DNA of 60,064 nucleotides from a virus, in IMG/VR virus record IMGVR_UViG_3300048818_000149, positions 1 to 60,064 of that record; one strand, given 5' to 3'. This document shows, one piece after another, positions 59,960 to 60,064 of the stretch. The first letter of the stretch is position 1, and every line of letters starts with the position of its first letter. A program made the translations under genes and the position numbers. The notes below the pieces were generated by a model. That model was not told the DNA's origin and did not search any database. It saw only the letters and a list, made by a program, of their open reading frames with translations.

Positions 59960-60064
59960 TTACAGGCTCCACGACCTCAGCCACAAGTTGCCATTCACCA
60001 TTCTTCATACCGCGCCAAGCACGCACGATGTACTTATTACTATGCGTAGCGAAGCTAACCAAGT
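59938..60064. repeat. Terminal overlap, second copy of nt 1-127
   Basis: Exact identity with the window start. Confidence 0.95.

Noticed and set aside
59938-60064. 127-bp direct terminal repeat as a biological genome end
   Set aside because: The length equals a common maximum assembler k-mer, and the portal gene is only intact across the junction. This is most simply the overlap of a circular contig. Physical ends cannot be inferred from the sequence alone.
1-60064. tRNA, rRNA, CRISPR arrays, integrase/attP, toxin-antitoxin pairs
   Set aside because: All intergenic gaps were scanned by eye. No cloverleaf-like GTTCGAATC-type arms, no regularly spaced repeat arrays and no recombinase motifs were seen. 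Absence should be confirmed with tRNAscan-SE, a CRISPR finder and profile HMMs.

Overview
The window is one complete, circularly closed dsDNA phage genome. Nt 1-127 are identical to nt 59938-60064, so the unique length is 59,937 bp and the overlap looks like an assembly artefact. The genome has two arms. The leftward arm runs 9489 -> 1 and continues across the junction 59959 -> 36787. It carries a cell-wall/lysis block and a P22-like podovirus morphogenesis module: large terminase, P22-type portal, scaffold, P22-type coat, gp4-like adaptor, gp10-like hub, Q/G-rich ejection proteins (one with an SLT domain), fibers, and a metallophosphoesterase. The rightward arm (10037 -> 36529) carries early and replication genes:
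- AAA+/VWA pair
- HIRAN protein
- Cas4/RecB-like nuclease
- Sak4-like ATPase
- ParB-methyltransferase
- MazG/HAD nucleotide enzymes
- a UDG-fused family A DNA polymerase split in two
- a P-loop helicase-like protein

The arms diverge at 9490-10036 and converge at 36530-36786. I saw no integrase, repressor, tRNA, rRNA or CRISPR array. No small terminase or primase could be named. All family calls rest on motif recognition by eye; no searches were run.

The most unusual observations are:
1. Two accessory ORFs are built from fragments of the phage's own coat protein. One is a chimeric early protein ending in a copy of the coat N-arm. The other is a lower-GC, hairpin-bracketed mini-coat with a twin-arginine signal peptide.
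2. A run of fiber-like proteins all begin with Sec-type signal peptides.
3. An HNH cassette carries a synonymously recoded duplicate of the methyltransferase 3' end.
4. A 474-bp element with terminal inverted repeats and an 8-bp target duplication sits exactly on the methyltransferase start codon.
5. The polymerase gene is interrupted by a second, paralogous HNH gene.
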